Positions 50,605 to 62,779 of a DNA stretch of 64,000 nucleotides are shown here, in pieces. Made by a program: the position numbers and the translations under genes. The stretch's first letter is position 1. Every line of letters begins with the position of its first letter. The notes below the pieces were generated by a model. It saw only the letters and a list, made by a program, of their open reading frames with translations, did not search any database and had not been told where the DNA came from. Source of the stretch: Callorhinchus milii (Eukaryota); the NCBI RefSeq assembly GCF_018977255.1, contig NW_024704743.1:93188001-93252000 (forward strand), in the 5' to 3' direction.

Positions 50605-52045
50605 AATAATAATAATAATAATACCACCTTTGACACAGTTGACCACTTTATCCTCATCCACCACCTCTCCTCTTATCTCAACTTTGACGGTTCTGTCCTT
50701 GACTGGATCAGTTGCTACCTTTCACACCGTCTCCACTTTGTCTCGACAAACAGTTTCTCCTCCAGCCCCTGCACCATCTCATGCAGCGTTTCTCAGGGCT
50801 CTGTCCTTGGTCCTCTCCTCTTCAATATCTACATTGATATTGAGTGGAGTCCTGTAGCTCAGTGGTTAGAGCACTCGCTTTGCAAGTGAGAGACCTGAGT
50901 TCAATTCCAGGCAGGGCGAAACCTTGGGCAAGTTTCCTTACTCCACACGCCTAATAATAATCCCTCCAAAACTAAAAACAATAATTAAATTGGTCATGTT
51001 CAATCTACGACTGTTTGTGGGACATTGCTGTGCGCAATTGGCTGCCGCGTTCGCCCACAAATATACAGTCAATTCACTTTACAGTGTGTTCTGTGAAGCG
51101 CTTTGGGACGTCCTCCCGACGTGAAAAGCGCTATATCAAATGCAAGGATTATTATTATTATTATTACATGCTCCCTCTTGGTGAAATCATCCGCAAACAT
51201 GGGGTCAACTTCCACATGCATGGGGATGACACTAAATTGTACCTCTCTGCCTCCACCTTTGACTCCAGGGCCACTGCCGTCCTGACAGAATGTCTGTTAG
51301 ACATCAAGTCCTGGATAAGAGCTAACTTTCTCCAGTTGAATGTCATCAAGACTGAGGATCTCCTGATTGGCTCCTGTCAGCGAGGCCTCCACACCTAAGG
51401 CAATGGTAGCATCACTGTCTATGGATGCATACTCCACCTTACTAAGCCAGTCCAGAACCTTGCTGTCTTGTTTGACCCTCAACAGTCCTTTCTATCCCAC
51501 ATCCATGCCATGACCCGCTCTGCCTTCCCCCACCTTCTTCCCTCCTTCCCGCACTAGGCTCCGTGATGCTATCACCCCCCCCCCTCGCCGAGCTCCACTG
51601 GCTCCCCATCCCCCAGAGGATAGAGTTCAAAATCCTCATCCTCTCCTTCAAGGCACTTCATGGGATTTGCACCTCCCTATCGCTGTGACCTGCTGACCCC
51701 ATATCAACCTGTCCGCTCCTTTTGCTCAACATGTTCTGGTCTCCACCACATCCCCCGCCCAGCCCGCTCCACCATCAGTGGTCACGCCTTCAGCTTTTTT
51801 GTCCTCACCCTTTGGAACTCCATCCCAAAGTTTTTTTGTCTTGTTCCCTGCCTTGTCTCCTTCAAAGCACATCTCAAAACCCTATATAAGAACATAATTC
51901 CCTCCTCTTGGACCACTCATTCGGCCGCCCTCCTATCTCTACCCTCCCTGACCTCCAACCCCCCCTGATCCCAACCCCCTGCTCGGGTCCAAATCCCTGA
52001 CAATCCAGTGCTTTGAGACATTGTCTTGATGTGAAAGGCAATTTA
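50605..52045 (+). mobile_element. L2 RT fragment with a nested young SINE
   Basis: FDTVDH...VSQGSVLGPLLFNIY, then the SINE, then MLPLGEII..DDT...3' tail. Confidence 0.92.
50845..51166 (+). mobile_element. Young full-length tRNA-Ala-derived Deu SINE
   Basis: Near-identical to the copies at 18257 and 30612. It splits the L2 codons IY|ML. Confidence 0.95.
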
Positions 52046-52199
52046 CAAATGTTGTTTGTTTATTTGTTGGGAAGCACATTGAGAAAAATATCAGTTAATC
52101 AGGAAAATTTAATGAAAGACATTCAACTAAGTGTGATTACCTATAAAAAAATACATGCACTTCAATTGATAGTGATTTTAATATAAAATTTAATATAAA

Positions 52200-53260
52200 A
52201 TACAAACGCCCTCACAGATAACTGGGGAAGTTTTGAGTTTGTAAAAAATTATGCATTTAATGGGAGTTTATGCTTAAATAAAGTGGGAGGTTTGTGGCTT
52301 GGTCTTCATGTCCTCTCAATGACATTGTCAAGTCATTATCATCAGCTTTATTGATCAGTTTCTTATGTATTGTGCAACTAGCCAATGAAGGCAGCTGCTG
52401 ACATTAACACTCAAAGCTCATCCAACCCAGCCTCTCCACAGTTTTTGCTGAGTCTCCTTTGGAACAATCAATATGGTAACTAGAAAAAGTGCTATGAATG
52501 CAAAGAATTTCAAGTGGCTCTATTAACAACTAAATAGGTAATAGTGATAACGCGAAAAATTGGACAGAAGGAAGCTTAATGGTTATGGTCCTTTGGTGCA
52601 GTTAGGTCACAAATTCATAAATCTATTAAGCTGCAATCATCCTCTGGCTATGGTCCAATTACATTGTGTTATTGCTGTAAGAACACCTTATAAGGTCACC
52701 ATCAAGGCCTTATCTCCCAATTGTCCTTGCCAATAAATCAGTTTTTACCATTTTCTAAAGCTGAGAAGCCAAAAAAGCTCTCTAGATCAAAGAGGAACAT
52801 TTTGAGAAAAACAATGATTAGTTGTGAAAATCACCATGTTGAAACATGTTGAAAAAGACACAGTATGTAATCTGTCATTGAGTAACCTATTCCTAACTTC
52901 TTATTAATGTGCAGCATTCAATGACAGAACAACAGTATTAAACATTTTTTCACATCAATAAACACGGTTAAACAGTATTCAGAGTTGATCTATGGGCAAT
53001 TGCAAATATTTCATTGTGTTTTGTTATATCCCATACATGGTATCCCATTTTCACATCTGGGGGCCATGTGATAATTATCACATTGATTGCCTGAAAGTAG
53101 ACCTTGTGATAGTCTTCTCAATGGTGAAGGTCTTGTCTCTGACTGCTGCTAAGTACAAGACTGACTTTTTGTGCGTTTTCTCCTTAATAGACAATTGAGG
53201 TTGTGATCAGACAGCCAGAGGTTCAACTCCTTTGACCAGGCTTTGCAGACATCATTATTG
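52200..53260 (-). pseudogene. Endogenous viral relic: L N-terminal RdRp region
   Basis: LVKGVEPLAV..QL (EPL at 53224-53216; Ebola IIKFLEPLCLAKIQL); MKYLQLP about 77 codons later at the GHP position; TDL..LGDKAL (DKAL at 52714-52703; measles SDLTMYLKDKAL); ILIVPKETQQK (pre-motif A, IVPKE at 52468-52454); NDLTMS. Confidence 0.6.
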
Positions 53261-53642
53261 ACAATGGTGTGAGGGAAAGGATGGATGAATGGGATGTTAA
53301 ATTGAGGTCCTCTGTGCCTGTTTGGATGGAGTTAAAGATCCCATGGCATTATTCAAAAAGAGAATGGAGGTTTTCTTGATGTCTTGGCCAATAATCAACC
53401 AAATAAAAATGGTCACTCACGTCATGGCTGTTTATGGGACATTGCTGCAAATTGGTTACCATGTTTGCCTACAGATATACAGTCACTACACTTCTCAGTA
53501 AAATCTTGTGAATCGAGAACATTATAAGATGCTGAATCAAAATCCAAGGATTATTATTATAATGAACATTTCTTAGACATAAACAACAACAAACCACTGA
53601 AGGCAACAGGTTGTGCAAACACTCTTTTCAGTAATTGTGCTT

Positions 53643-54240
53643 TCATCTCGTCCTGGCTTGATTACACCAACTGCCTGCTTGCTGGACTTCCCAAACTCTT
53701 GCCTCCACAAGCTGTAGATTATTCAAAACTCTGCAACTTATGCCCTCTCTCACACCAGGCTCTATGAACCAATCACTCCAGTTCTTACCCAGCTTCACTG
53801 GCTCTCCATCCCACAGAGAATCGAGTACAAAACCTCCGTTCACACCTTCAAAGTCCTCCACAGTCTCGCTCCTCCCTACCTCTCCGGCCTCTTAACCCCA
53901 TATCAGCCTGTCTGCTACCTCCACTTGGTAGACACCAGCCTGATTCAGGTCCCCCACACTTCCCATCCCACCATTGATGGTCAGGCATTCAGCATCTCTC
54001 CCCGCACACTCTGGAACTCTATCCTGCAATCACTCCACCTCACCCCCTCTCTTACCTCCTTCAAACCCGTCTAAGAAACTTCCTGTTCGACCGTGCATTC
54101 GGCCACCTTACCACCCCCGCACCACCGTCCTCCACTCCTCCTGGCCTCAACTCCCAGCTCGGATCCAAAAAATCCTGACTGTCCAGTGGCCTGGGACATC
54201 TATCCGACGTGAAAGGTACTATAAGCAAAGACTTGTTATC
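53643..54240 (+). mobile_element. L2 3' fragment
   Basis: HKL*IIQNSA...LHWLSIPQRIEYK...tail. Confidence 0.9.
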
Positions 54241-55130
54241 CAGACAGCACAATCAGGGCTCCTTCACAGGTATCCAATTCTGGAGGCCATACTTGAACTT
54301 CTCGAGAGCAAGTATCTAGGACCATCAAACAACATCTGAATCCTTGAAATAAGATAGGAAAGATGGCATACATAACTGGGGGATCTGGACATAAGAATCT
54401 TAAATTCATCTTAATGTAGAAGTTGATCTGTGAGTGAGAATTGTAGAAAACTATCATCCAAATCAAGATTCAGTTTAAGAATGTTTCGTAATTTTGCACA
54501 ATCTTAAATGTTTAGACTCCATGGTCTCATGGGCTAAAATGAGGTAAAAATGGAGGGCAAATTTGGGCCCAGTAACAGGAAATAGTTAATGAACATAAGG
54601 AATTGGCAGGAGGTTAAAAACCCAACTGACTTTTGAATCAGTTGTTTCTATCCCAAGCAATAAATGGAAATGCCCAGAGGCAATCAGAAATGGTGTTGGG
54701 AAGAAAAAATCAAACAGATAACTTGGCTGAGAATTGTGTCAATGTTTAGTGGGTTTGAAATTGCAATCCACTTTTGGCACTATTAGGATTTGCCAAAAGT
54801 GCATGAGGGAGGTTAAACTTAGTTGAATTCAAATCTATTTGTGAAGCTTAAGAGACAACAGTTATTTTAGATTACGTTGATTTATGTGCAGACACTCGGA
54901 AATGTTGCTGTTATTGTAACTAAAGAGGATTGAGACTACAGACTTTTCATTTTAACCAAAAGTTGCTTTGAATCATCAGAGAATTTTAGACTTTTATCCA
55001 AAGTGAAGAGAAACCACAATGTCAGAAAATGGATTAATGAAGGTCTAGATTTACCTGAATATCAGATTAACCCGAAGTGAATATCAAATATCATAATTGT
55101 GCTTCTATTGACCCCAGGCAAGGGTGGTGG
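54240..55130 (-). pseudogene. Endogenous viral relic: L, end of RdRp into capping domain
   Basis: PPLPGVN, LLANPNSA (about 54800-54776), P(H)LAHETMES (LAHETMES at 54537-54514; measles PRAAHEILDHS) and DTCSRE (about 54315-54299), in order. Confidence 0.45.
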
Positions 55131-55173
55131 TTACAATAGGCACCATCATGTGTGTGTGTTTCTGTACACACAG

Positions 55174-55555
55174 TAATAATAATAATAATCCTTGCATTTG
55201 TATAGCACCTTATCATATCTTCGAGACATTTCAAAGCACTTCACTAAATATACTGTAAAGTGAATTGACTGTATATTTTGTGGGCAAAATGCACCAGCCA
55301 ATTAGGCACAACAGTGTCCCACAAACAGGCACGGATTGAGTCACCAATAATTTTTATTTGTTTTTTGAAAGAATTATTATCCCCGGAAAAGCCATCCGCC
55401 AATCAACTAACAACCAGGTTCCTACTTACTGCTAGATAAACAGAGTTGTGTGGAGTAAGGAAATTTGCCCAAAATTTGCCTGAACACAGACCTGAATTGA
55501 ATCCAGGTCTCTTGTTTGCGAGGCGAGTGTTCTAATCACTGAGCTATGGGACTCT
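55174..55555 (-). mobile_element. tRNA-derived Deu SINE (older)
   Basis: Full length. Confidence 0.88.
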
Positions 55556-56344
55556 ACAGTAGATATAAACCAGTGCTAAACTGCCATTGAGTAAACTCTT
55601 TACTTGTATTTTGGGGTTCTTAAATTGTAATAATTGAGTATGATCATGTGTGAGTTAATGAATACAAATTTGACTATATCCCAAAAATTATTTGTTTCAA
55701 ATTTAATATTGAAAACTACACTTACAAAATGCCTCTCAATTCTGATACTTTTCAAAAGAGTTATGGTCAGAAGGGAAATGGAATCCATTTATCTTCTTAA
55801 AGGCCATTAAGTAAGAAGTTGTCCAGGACTGAGCAGCTGAAAAAGCTACACTGACAGTGTGAAAGTAATGCTGCTTTTGAGCTTCTGGTTGCTTTGAAAA
55901 TATACAACTTAGAGAGAACCTTGCATACATTTATAAAATGTGAAATGGGATTGAGAAAATAAATCCAGAATAATAGTTTCAGATAGGTCAAGGCAGCAAG
56001 TCAAGAGACAATGCACCCCCCCACCCCCTGCATTGTGGTGTCAACCTAGAATGTGAGTTCAAAATCCTGATGTGAGGCTTGAATCCCACAACCTTCTGAC
56101 TCAGAAGTGAGAGTACTACCAACTGAACCAGGCTGACACAATTATTTGAAGCAGAAGAGACTGAGTTATGCAAATACTCCAGGGGGCAATGGTTTCTGTG
56201 TTAATTGGATGTGTGGGGTAGATCTGTCTGTGAGGAGAAAGCAATGTCTGAATAAGGGAAGTGTGCGGTTAATTGATTGTTCTGCTTCAATGTCTTTGGA
56301 TGAATCAGTAAGTAATTATCCAAAACTCTCTGAACTCCCCTCCC

Positions 56345-56480
56345 CCTAGGATATTGAGTGACTGGGACAGTCCACCGTAAGGAAAGAGTTAGCTTTGTGT
56401 ATTGATGGAGTCCCGTTTTCTTATATAATTCATACATTGCTCGGATTATGGACATAATGTATCATTTATTGAAAGCCCCT
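56345..56480 (-). pseudogene. Endogenous viral relic: nucleoprotein core
   Basis: MSIIRAMYELYKKTGLHQYTKL...VPVTQYP versus measles LSTLESLMNLYQQMGETAPYMVIL...FSAGSYP. Confidence 0.45.
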
Positions 56481-57339
56481 TAACAAGTTGGAATTATGAA
56501 AGTGTTAAATTGGATAGATCTTCTGAGATTTTGCTTTACTGACTTTGGGAGCCAGTGAGAAATTTTGCAGAATTTGCTCAAGAAGTTAAATTAGTGATGT
56601 AGAATCCATAATTGGGAAATCGTGCATGAATTGTGGAAAGTTGTGGCTTATTCTGGCTGAAGTGTTCTCTATGTTAAATTCATTTCTGCTGTGAGGAGAA
56701 TTACCTAGAATCTATAAACAATGCTGGAGGACACTCCATGTTCTCCCTGACAAACTGTTATTGTTGAAATCCAACACAGAACATTTTTAAGTGAAAGATG
56801 TAACATGACAATCACTTAATAAGCAGACTTAATGGTCTGACAAAAAAAATAATTCAAGTGACCTTTCCACCCTCTCACTCTGAGGTCAACCTCTAGTTAT
56901 AATGTGTATGTGCACTATTTCAAAGGGTGGAATTGATTTCAGAAAAGCCGCTATTTAAAAAANTACCTGGAACTTCATAGAAAAATAATAATTGGAAAGA
57001 TGTATGTCGATTTATATGAAGCTATTGCTTATGTACAAACTTTTATAAGAACTCACAGTCTAGGCAGATATTCCAGTGCTGTACTGGGTTTACTATAATA
57101 TTAGGGATGGGAGTCTTTCCCAGTATTCTAGCCAACATTCTTCCAGATTAATTCAGTTATTCATCTCAATGGCTGTTTATAGGATCTTGCTGGTGAAAAT
57201 CTCTGCCCTCCAAAAAGTCAATTTAATAATTATTATTTGTGAAGAGCTTTGAGACACTTAGATATGCTAAAGGTGCTATAATATAATTTATTTTCCCCAT
57301 AATTCCTATGTAACATTTATGAAGCTACTGCATATTAAA

Positions 57340-57720
57340 TGAGGTGGCAAATGAGAGAGTACCTCTCCAGTCACATCATCAATAACATATATTTGCTTAT
57401 GTCCCAATGCTTAAAACATGTAGACATGTGCAACAACATTAAAAATAATAGGGATATATATCAAAATGTATTACAGGCTTTACTGATCTGCTTATCAAGC
57501 ATTCATTAAAAATCAGCAGAGAACCAAGGTCAGAGAGAATTTTTGAAACAGGTTATTTTTGTAGGAGTAAATGTTGTTCCTCGAAATTCATTTGTATCTT
57601 ACTTTATATCAATACAAAAGACTTCAGTGTAAGAAGGCTGATGAATCTTTACTGAGGTTCTCACAGAACAGAGACACTTTGGGGTTGATACGCTCCACAG
57701 GTGGAAATTTTAGATGAACT
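57340..57720 (-). pseudogene. Possible L relic around the GHP motif
   Basis: TTTAAGCATTGGGACAT (57415-57399) becomes FKHWGH if one G is restored. AYQPQSVSVL lies upstream near the EPL position. Confidence 0.35.
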
Positions 57721-57864
57721 CATTGACACCTTATTGTTTGTAATTTCAGCCCCTCACCCTTCCTGGTACTTAGCTTCTTTTTCCCTCCCTTCACTAATTT
57801 CCCGAGACCCAACCTTCTGGGCATACATACATGGCGTAACATTTAAGTGGCATGTGATCATGCT

Positions 57865-59116
57865 GTACCCCATCTCTAACTTCCCATTCCTCTCCAAGGT
57901 TCTGGAACAAGTCATCGCATCCCAGCTCCGCTCCTTTCTCTCTCGCCATTTCCTCTTTGAACCCCTCCAATCCGGTTTCCACGGAAACAGCCCTGGTCAA
58001 GGTCACTAATGACATTCTGAACATCTGTGATCAGGGCTCCCTCTGCCTCCTTGTCCTCCTCGACCTCTCTGCCGCCTTCAACACTGTAGATCACTCCATC
58101 CTCATATACCGCCTCTCTCTTTACTTAATCTTCGCGGACCTGCCCTTGCCTAGTTCCATTCCTATCTCGCTCACAATTTCCACTTTGTTGCCTCTAACGG
58201 TTTCTCCTCCAGTCCCCGCACTGTCACATCTGGCATCCCCCAGGGCTCTGTCCTTGGCTCTCTCCTTTTTAATATCTACATGCTCCCCCTTGGTGACATC
58301 ATCCGCAGACATGGGGTCAACTTCCATGTGTATGCAGATGACACCTAACTCTATGTTTCTGCCTCCACACTCAACTCCAGGACCACTACTGTCCTGACAG
58401 ACTGTCTGTGAGACATCAAGTCTTGGATGAGGGCAAATTTCCTACAGTTGAATGTGAACAAGACTGAGGCCCTCCTGATTGGCTCGCGCCAGTGCCTCAG
58501 TAACTCAGGCTCTGGCAGCATCAACCTCCATGGTTTCACACTTCAACTGACCAGCCAGTCAGGAACCTCGGTGTCTTGTTCGACCCTCAACTGTCTTTTC
58601 TTCCCCACATCCAAGCCATGACCCACTCTGCCTTCCTTCACCTCCATAACATCGCCCGACTTGCCACTACCTCACCCCTCAGGTCGCTGAAACTCTTGCT
58701 CGTGCCTTCATCACCTCCAGGCTCGACTATGCAAACTACCTGCTTGTCGGCCTTCCCAACTCCTCCCTCCACAGGCTGCAGACAATCCAGAACTCTAGCG
58801 CCCGTGTCCTCTCCCGCACCAAACTCCGTGACCCATCTCCCCCATTCTCGCCCGATTCCATTGGCTCCCTATAATTCAGAGGATCCAGTTCTCTCCCCCA
58901 ACCTCTGGAATTCCATCCTCCAATCACTCTGCCTCACCCCTCCTTAGCCTCCTTCAAGTCCCGCCTCAAAACCCTCCTCTTCGACCATGCCATTGGTCAC
59001 CCCCCCTTCCCCTCCCCCCGACCCCAGCTCAGATCTGAAATGCTGTACAATGTCTAGCGCCTTGGACGTCCTCCCGACGTGAAAGGCGCTATACAAATGT
59101 AATCTTGTTGTTGTTG
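57865..59116 (+). mobile_element. L2 RT fragment with 3' tail
   Basis: [43 protein letters not shown] and a (TTG)n tail. Confidence 0.94.
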
Positions 59117-59149
59117 TATACATGATGTAACATTAGACAGAGATTCACA

Positions 59150-59400
59150 CAAATATTTGGTCATCCAGAAAAAGTATGCGAGTAGTAGACTCCTTGCTCA
59201 TTGTATATAAAATATACTTCAAAGGCATTTGTCTAAAGTTGCATTGATTCTTCCATTGCAATGAGATGTACTTGGGATATGTAGAGGATGGCACAGTAGA
59301 AAAACCTATTGCATATGCAAAACCATCAAATCCACGAATCAACAGAACACTTGCCTTGATCATCAGTATATAAGTATGCAAGGAGAACAATGTTGGCATG
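59150..59400 (-). pseudogene. Endogenous viral relic: nucleoprotein signature
   Basis: VPSSTYPKYIS-x-AM(G/E) at about 59295-59251, with one base lost. Compare measles FSAGSYPLLWSYAMG. Confidence 0.5.
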
Positions 59401-59660
59401 GGAGTCATTACATCAAGGTCCTGTCTGCATGTTCAAGTGAATGCTAAAGATCCCATGACACTCTCATCTTAGCCAGCAATCCCCCAGATAAAAAAAATGG
59501 TTATTTCCTTCCTGAATGTTACTGGGATATTGCTTTGTGCAAATTGATTTCTGAATTTGTGAATAAATGCAGTCATTTCACAGAACATTAAATAATGTGA
59601 AGCGCATTGAGAAAGTTTTGACCTGTTAATGCATTATATCAAATTCAAGGATTATTATTG

Positions 59661-60006
59661 TAATAATAATAATGACCCTTGCATTTGATATAGCACCATA
59701 TCACTTCTTTGAGACATCTCAAAGCGCTTCACAGAATATACTATCAAGTGAATTGACTGTATATGTTGTGGGCAAAACATGGCAGCCAATTGCACACAGC
59801 AGTGTTCCACAAACAGTCATGGATTGAGTGACCAAATTATTAGTATTTTTTTTTGCAGGGATTATTACCCCCGGAAAGCGATCCACCAATCGACTAACAA
59901 CTGGGTTCCTACTTCCTGCTAGGAAACGTTTCACCCTGCCGCAAATTGAACCCAAGTCTTCTCACTGGCGAGGCGAGTGCTCTAATCACTAAGCTACAGG
60001 ACTCCA
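59661..60006 (-). mobile_element. tRNA-derived Deu SINE (older)
   Basis: Full length with an internal deletion. Confidence 0.88.
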
Positions 60007-60426
60007 CAATTGTAGGCAAGGTAGGCCAAAGCAGCTTTTGGTGCTGGGGACTGATGTTTCTATGCCAGCTCCAATCTAGCCTCACCAATAGTCTTTTATA
60101 TGGCTTACCTGCCTCTAAGAACCCTTTGTGATTCTACTCTGAAGTACTTCTCCCTGAACAGTTAGTTGTCAGGCCATTTGTGCTGTGTGACATGTCTGTA
60201 AATGTTTGACTTAGGAAGTATAGGACTTATGAACATTCACATAACTTTAACTCAAACTTTCAATACAGTTTTCCATGTAAATATAATGCCTGGGAGGGGA
60301 TAGGGAAAGGGGATTAGGAGGGGCGGAAGCTCTTGTGGAGTATAAACACCAACATAGATAAGTTTGGTTGAATAGCCTTTTTGATGCTGGAAGGTTTATA
60401 TTTGGGTAAAGAAATAGAACATGTTT

Positions 60427-60971
60427 TGTTGAACCCAATTACGATATGCGATTGCTCTTGATGACCTGAAGCACAACAATGGAGTCAGTACGGCATTCAA
60501 TTAACAAGCTTTATTTTCACACATGTGGGGTGTAGTATTGTGGCAACAACTGCTCGTGTGCTGCTCCCAACACTACACACTGAATGGGAGCAAGCACTTC
60601 ACCTTTATACAAAATCTTATTGAACTATGCGTCAATCAATAATCACGAGGGGACCCTCTAAATTGGTTACATTACGACATAGTCTGCCTCGTGTCCGGGT
60701 GTCTGTTTTTAGAAGACAATCACTTTGTCTATACAACAAGGAACATATAGGAAAAGCGACATTTAGACCATGACAAATGCTGCTGAACATTATCTGACCC
60801 TAGAACCGATTCCAGATATGACTTCAGAATGCGGTACCGATACCAGACATTCGCCTATCTATCTTAGAAAATGCCAATCTCGATCATCCGTAGCTGACTT
60901 TATGACAACATATATTTCACTTAAGGCTAGGGGCCCCCCTGGCCTTTTGCCCTTTTAGTCTTAGGTCCACA
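60427..60971 (-). mobile_element. Probable solo LTR
   Basis: TGTTGAACC...GGTCCACA termini. Minus-strand TATAAA (about 60609-60604) precedes AATAAA (about 60515-60509). CpG-retaining. Flanks TGTTT/TGTCC match only partly. Confidence 0.6.
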
Positions 60972-62059
60972 TGTCCTGTTTATTTTGCTAACTTTGCAGA
61001 ATGTGCTAAATTCACCTTCCACAGTTTCCAAATTTTGCAGTTTTGTTAACTATCAAGATTGGCATTATTTGAAAAGAGAAGAGAGTTTCTCCCAGTCTCC
61101 TCGCCATTAATCCCCTAGATAAAATTTGTGGGTGAATGTTATGAGTAAATTGGTTGCCGAATTTGTCTATGAAATATACGGTCACTACACTTTACAATAA
61201 ATTCCTGCAAAGTGCTTTGAAACAACTTCATGATGTGATAAGGAGCTATATCAAATGCATTCCCGTTCAACTCTAGCACATGCTACTTCGCGTTCATCTC
61301 AACAGATTGCTTTCCACTGTGTAGCACCAGCACAAGATCAGTTTCACTATATATTTGGTCCTATTTAGTATTACTTTTTAGCTGTTTTGTATTTATACCA
61401 GGAAATGTGCAAAGACGACTCAAACAATTCAGATAATATACCTATAAATGGGAAGAGAGACATATTTCGATACATTAGTCTGTACTCTGAATACACAAGA
61501 TTGTATAGGATGTCAATATGAATTTATCTGACAGGTTTCATTTGTCTGTTACATCTGCATTATATTAGTTCAAATTGAAAATCATTCTTTGGTCTAACAT
61601 GTTCAAGCAATCATGAATTCTCCATTTTTATCAAAAAAATTGTTGCCAATTTTATCTGCTTTATAAACTAAAAGGTGAAAAAAAACAGATAAAATGAAAT
61701 GTTATATGAATCATGAAAGGAAATAGGCAAACTGAGTACCTTGTAACAGTCTGCCCAAGCAAACTCTTGTAAGTCTTGAATTCATTTTTTTCTGATTGTT
61801 GATAGATCAGCAGTAATACAGATTTAATGGAATACAGAATGGGAAGTGATATAAATAAATGGATGTTTTACATACATAAGAGAATATACTTAAGTACATA
61901 CATAGGAAGGTGGAAAGGCATATCCAGGCAGCATGCATGATTAACATGTCAGTAACCAGGCCAGTTGAAGATTGTATTTTGACAGGGCTTGAGTTTTTTA
62001 TCCTCCATAGGCAGAAAATGAGGTCTCCTTGGAGCTGAACTGGCAGCAAAGTGACATGT

Positions 62060-62540
62060 TTTGCAACGGAATGTCAGAATCAAGCCAACAGTCTGTGGCA
62101 GTCTCAGTAGGTGTGCTTACAGTCAACTCCCCTCTCCCTCTCCCCCTAGTCACTGGGGGCCAGGGACTCTTCCCACTCAGCTCCCATTAATTCTGCAAGC
62201 CAAAGTCCTAAAAAAATTGGATAGTTCCAGCTGGACAAGGAACGGGAAAACTTGCAAGACGGTGCTCTCAATGGGAAACTATGCATTTCTTAGCTGGTTA
62301 GTCTTCAGCAGTATTCCAATGCACACTCTGGGGTTCCCAAGCCTTGGCTTTTGCCAACCTGAGCCTAATACTCTCCGGAATTAGGTAAGCAGGATGCATC
62401 CCTCCAGGGAGAGAGTTAACTTTCCATTCCAATAAATATCTCTGGAATTTCCGTGTGTAGATGGGATGTTTGGAGCTCTCAGTTTGGTTTGCATAAGCAC
62501 AGTGATGGCTTTTTGCATGTGTCAGACATCAAGCTGTCAA
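62060..62540 (-). mobile_element. Copy 3 of the ancient CRE/R2-like repeat
   Basis: Its reverse complement aligns to 6195-6700 and 37810-38270. Confidence 0.55.
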
Positions 62541-62779
62541 CAAAAAAAACTTTCTCCTCATCCTTTTCTTTCTCCCTCTCTCTTTCTCTCTTTAGCATTG
62601 AGAACAATAGTGTAGGGGAACTGAACAAGTTAACATAATAATAATAATAGTAATCCTTGCATTTGATATACACTTTTTACATGAGAAGGATGTTTTAAGC
62701 TATTTAAAGCATTAATTCTAAAGTGTATTGACTATGTAGTTTGTAGGCAAATATTTAATCACCAATGGCAAAATATTGT

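Noticed and set aside
50845..50920. tRNA-Ala(TGC)-like gene (also at about 18500-18577 and 30865-30939)
   Set aside because: It is the head of a multi-copy SINE, continuing into the Deu core and L2 tail, with no proper acceptor stem or terminator.
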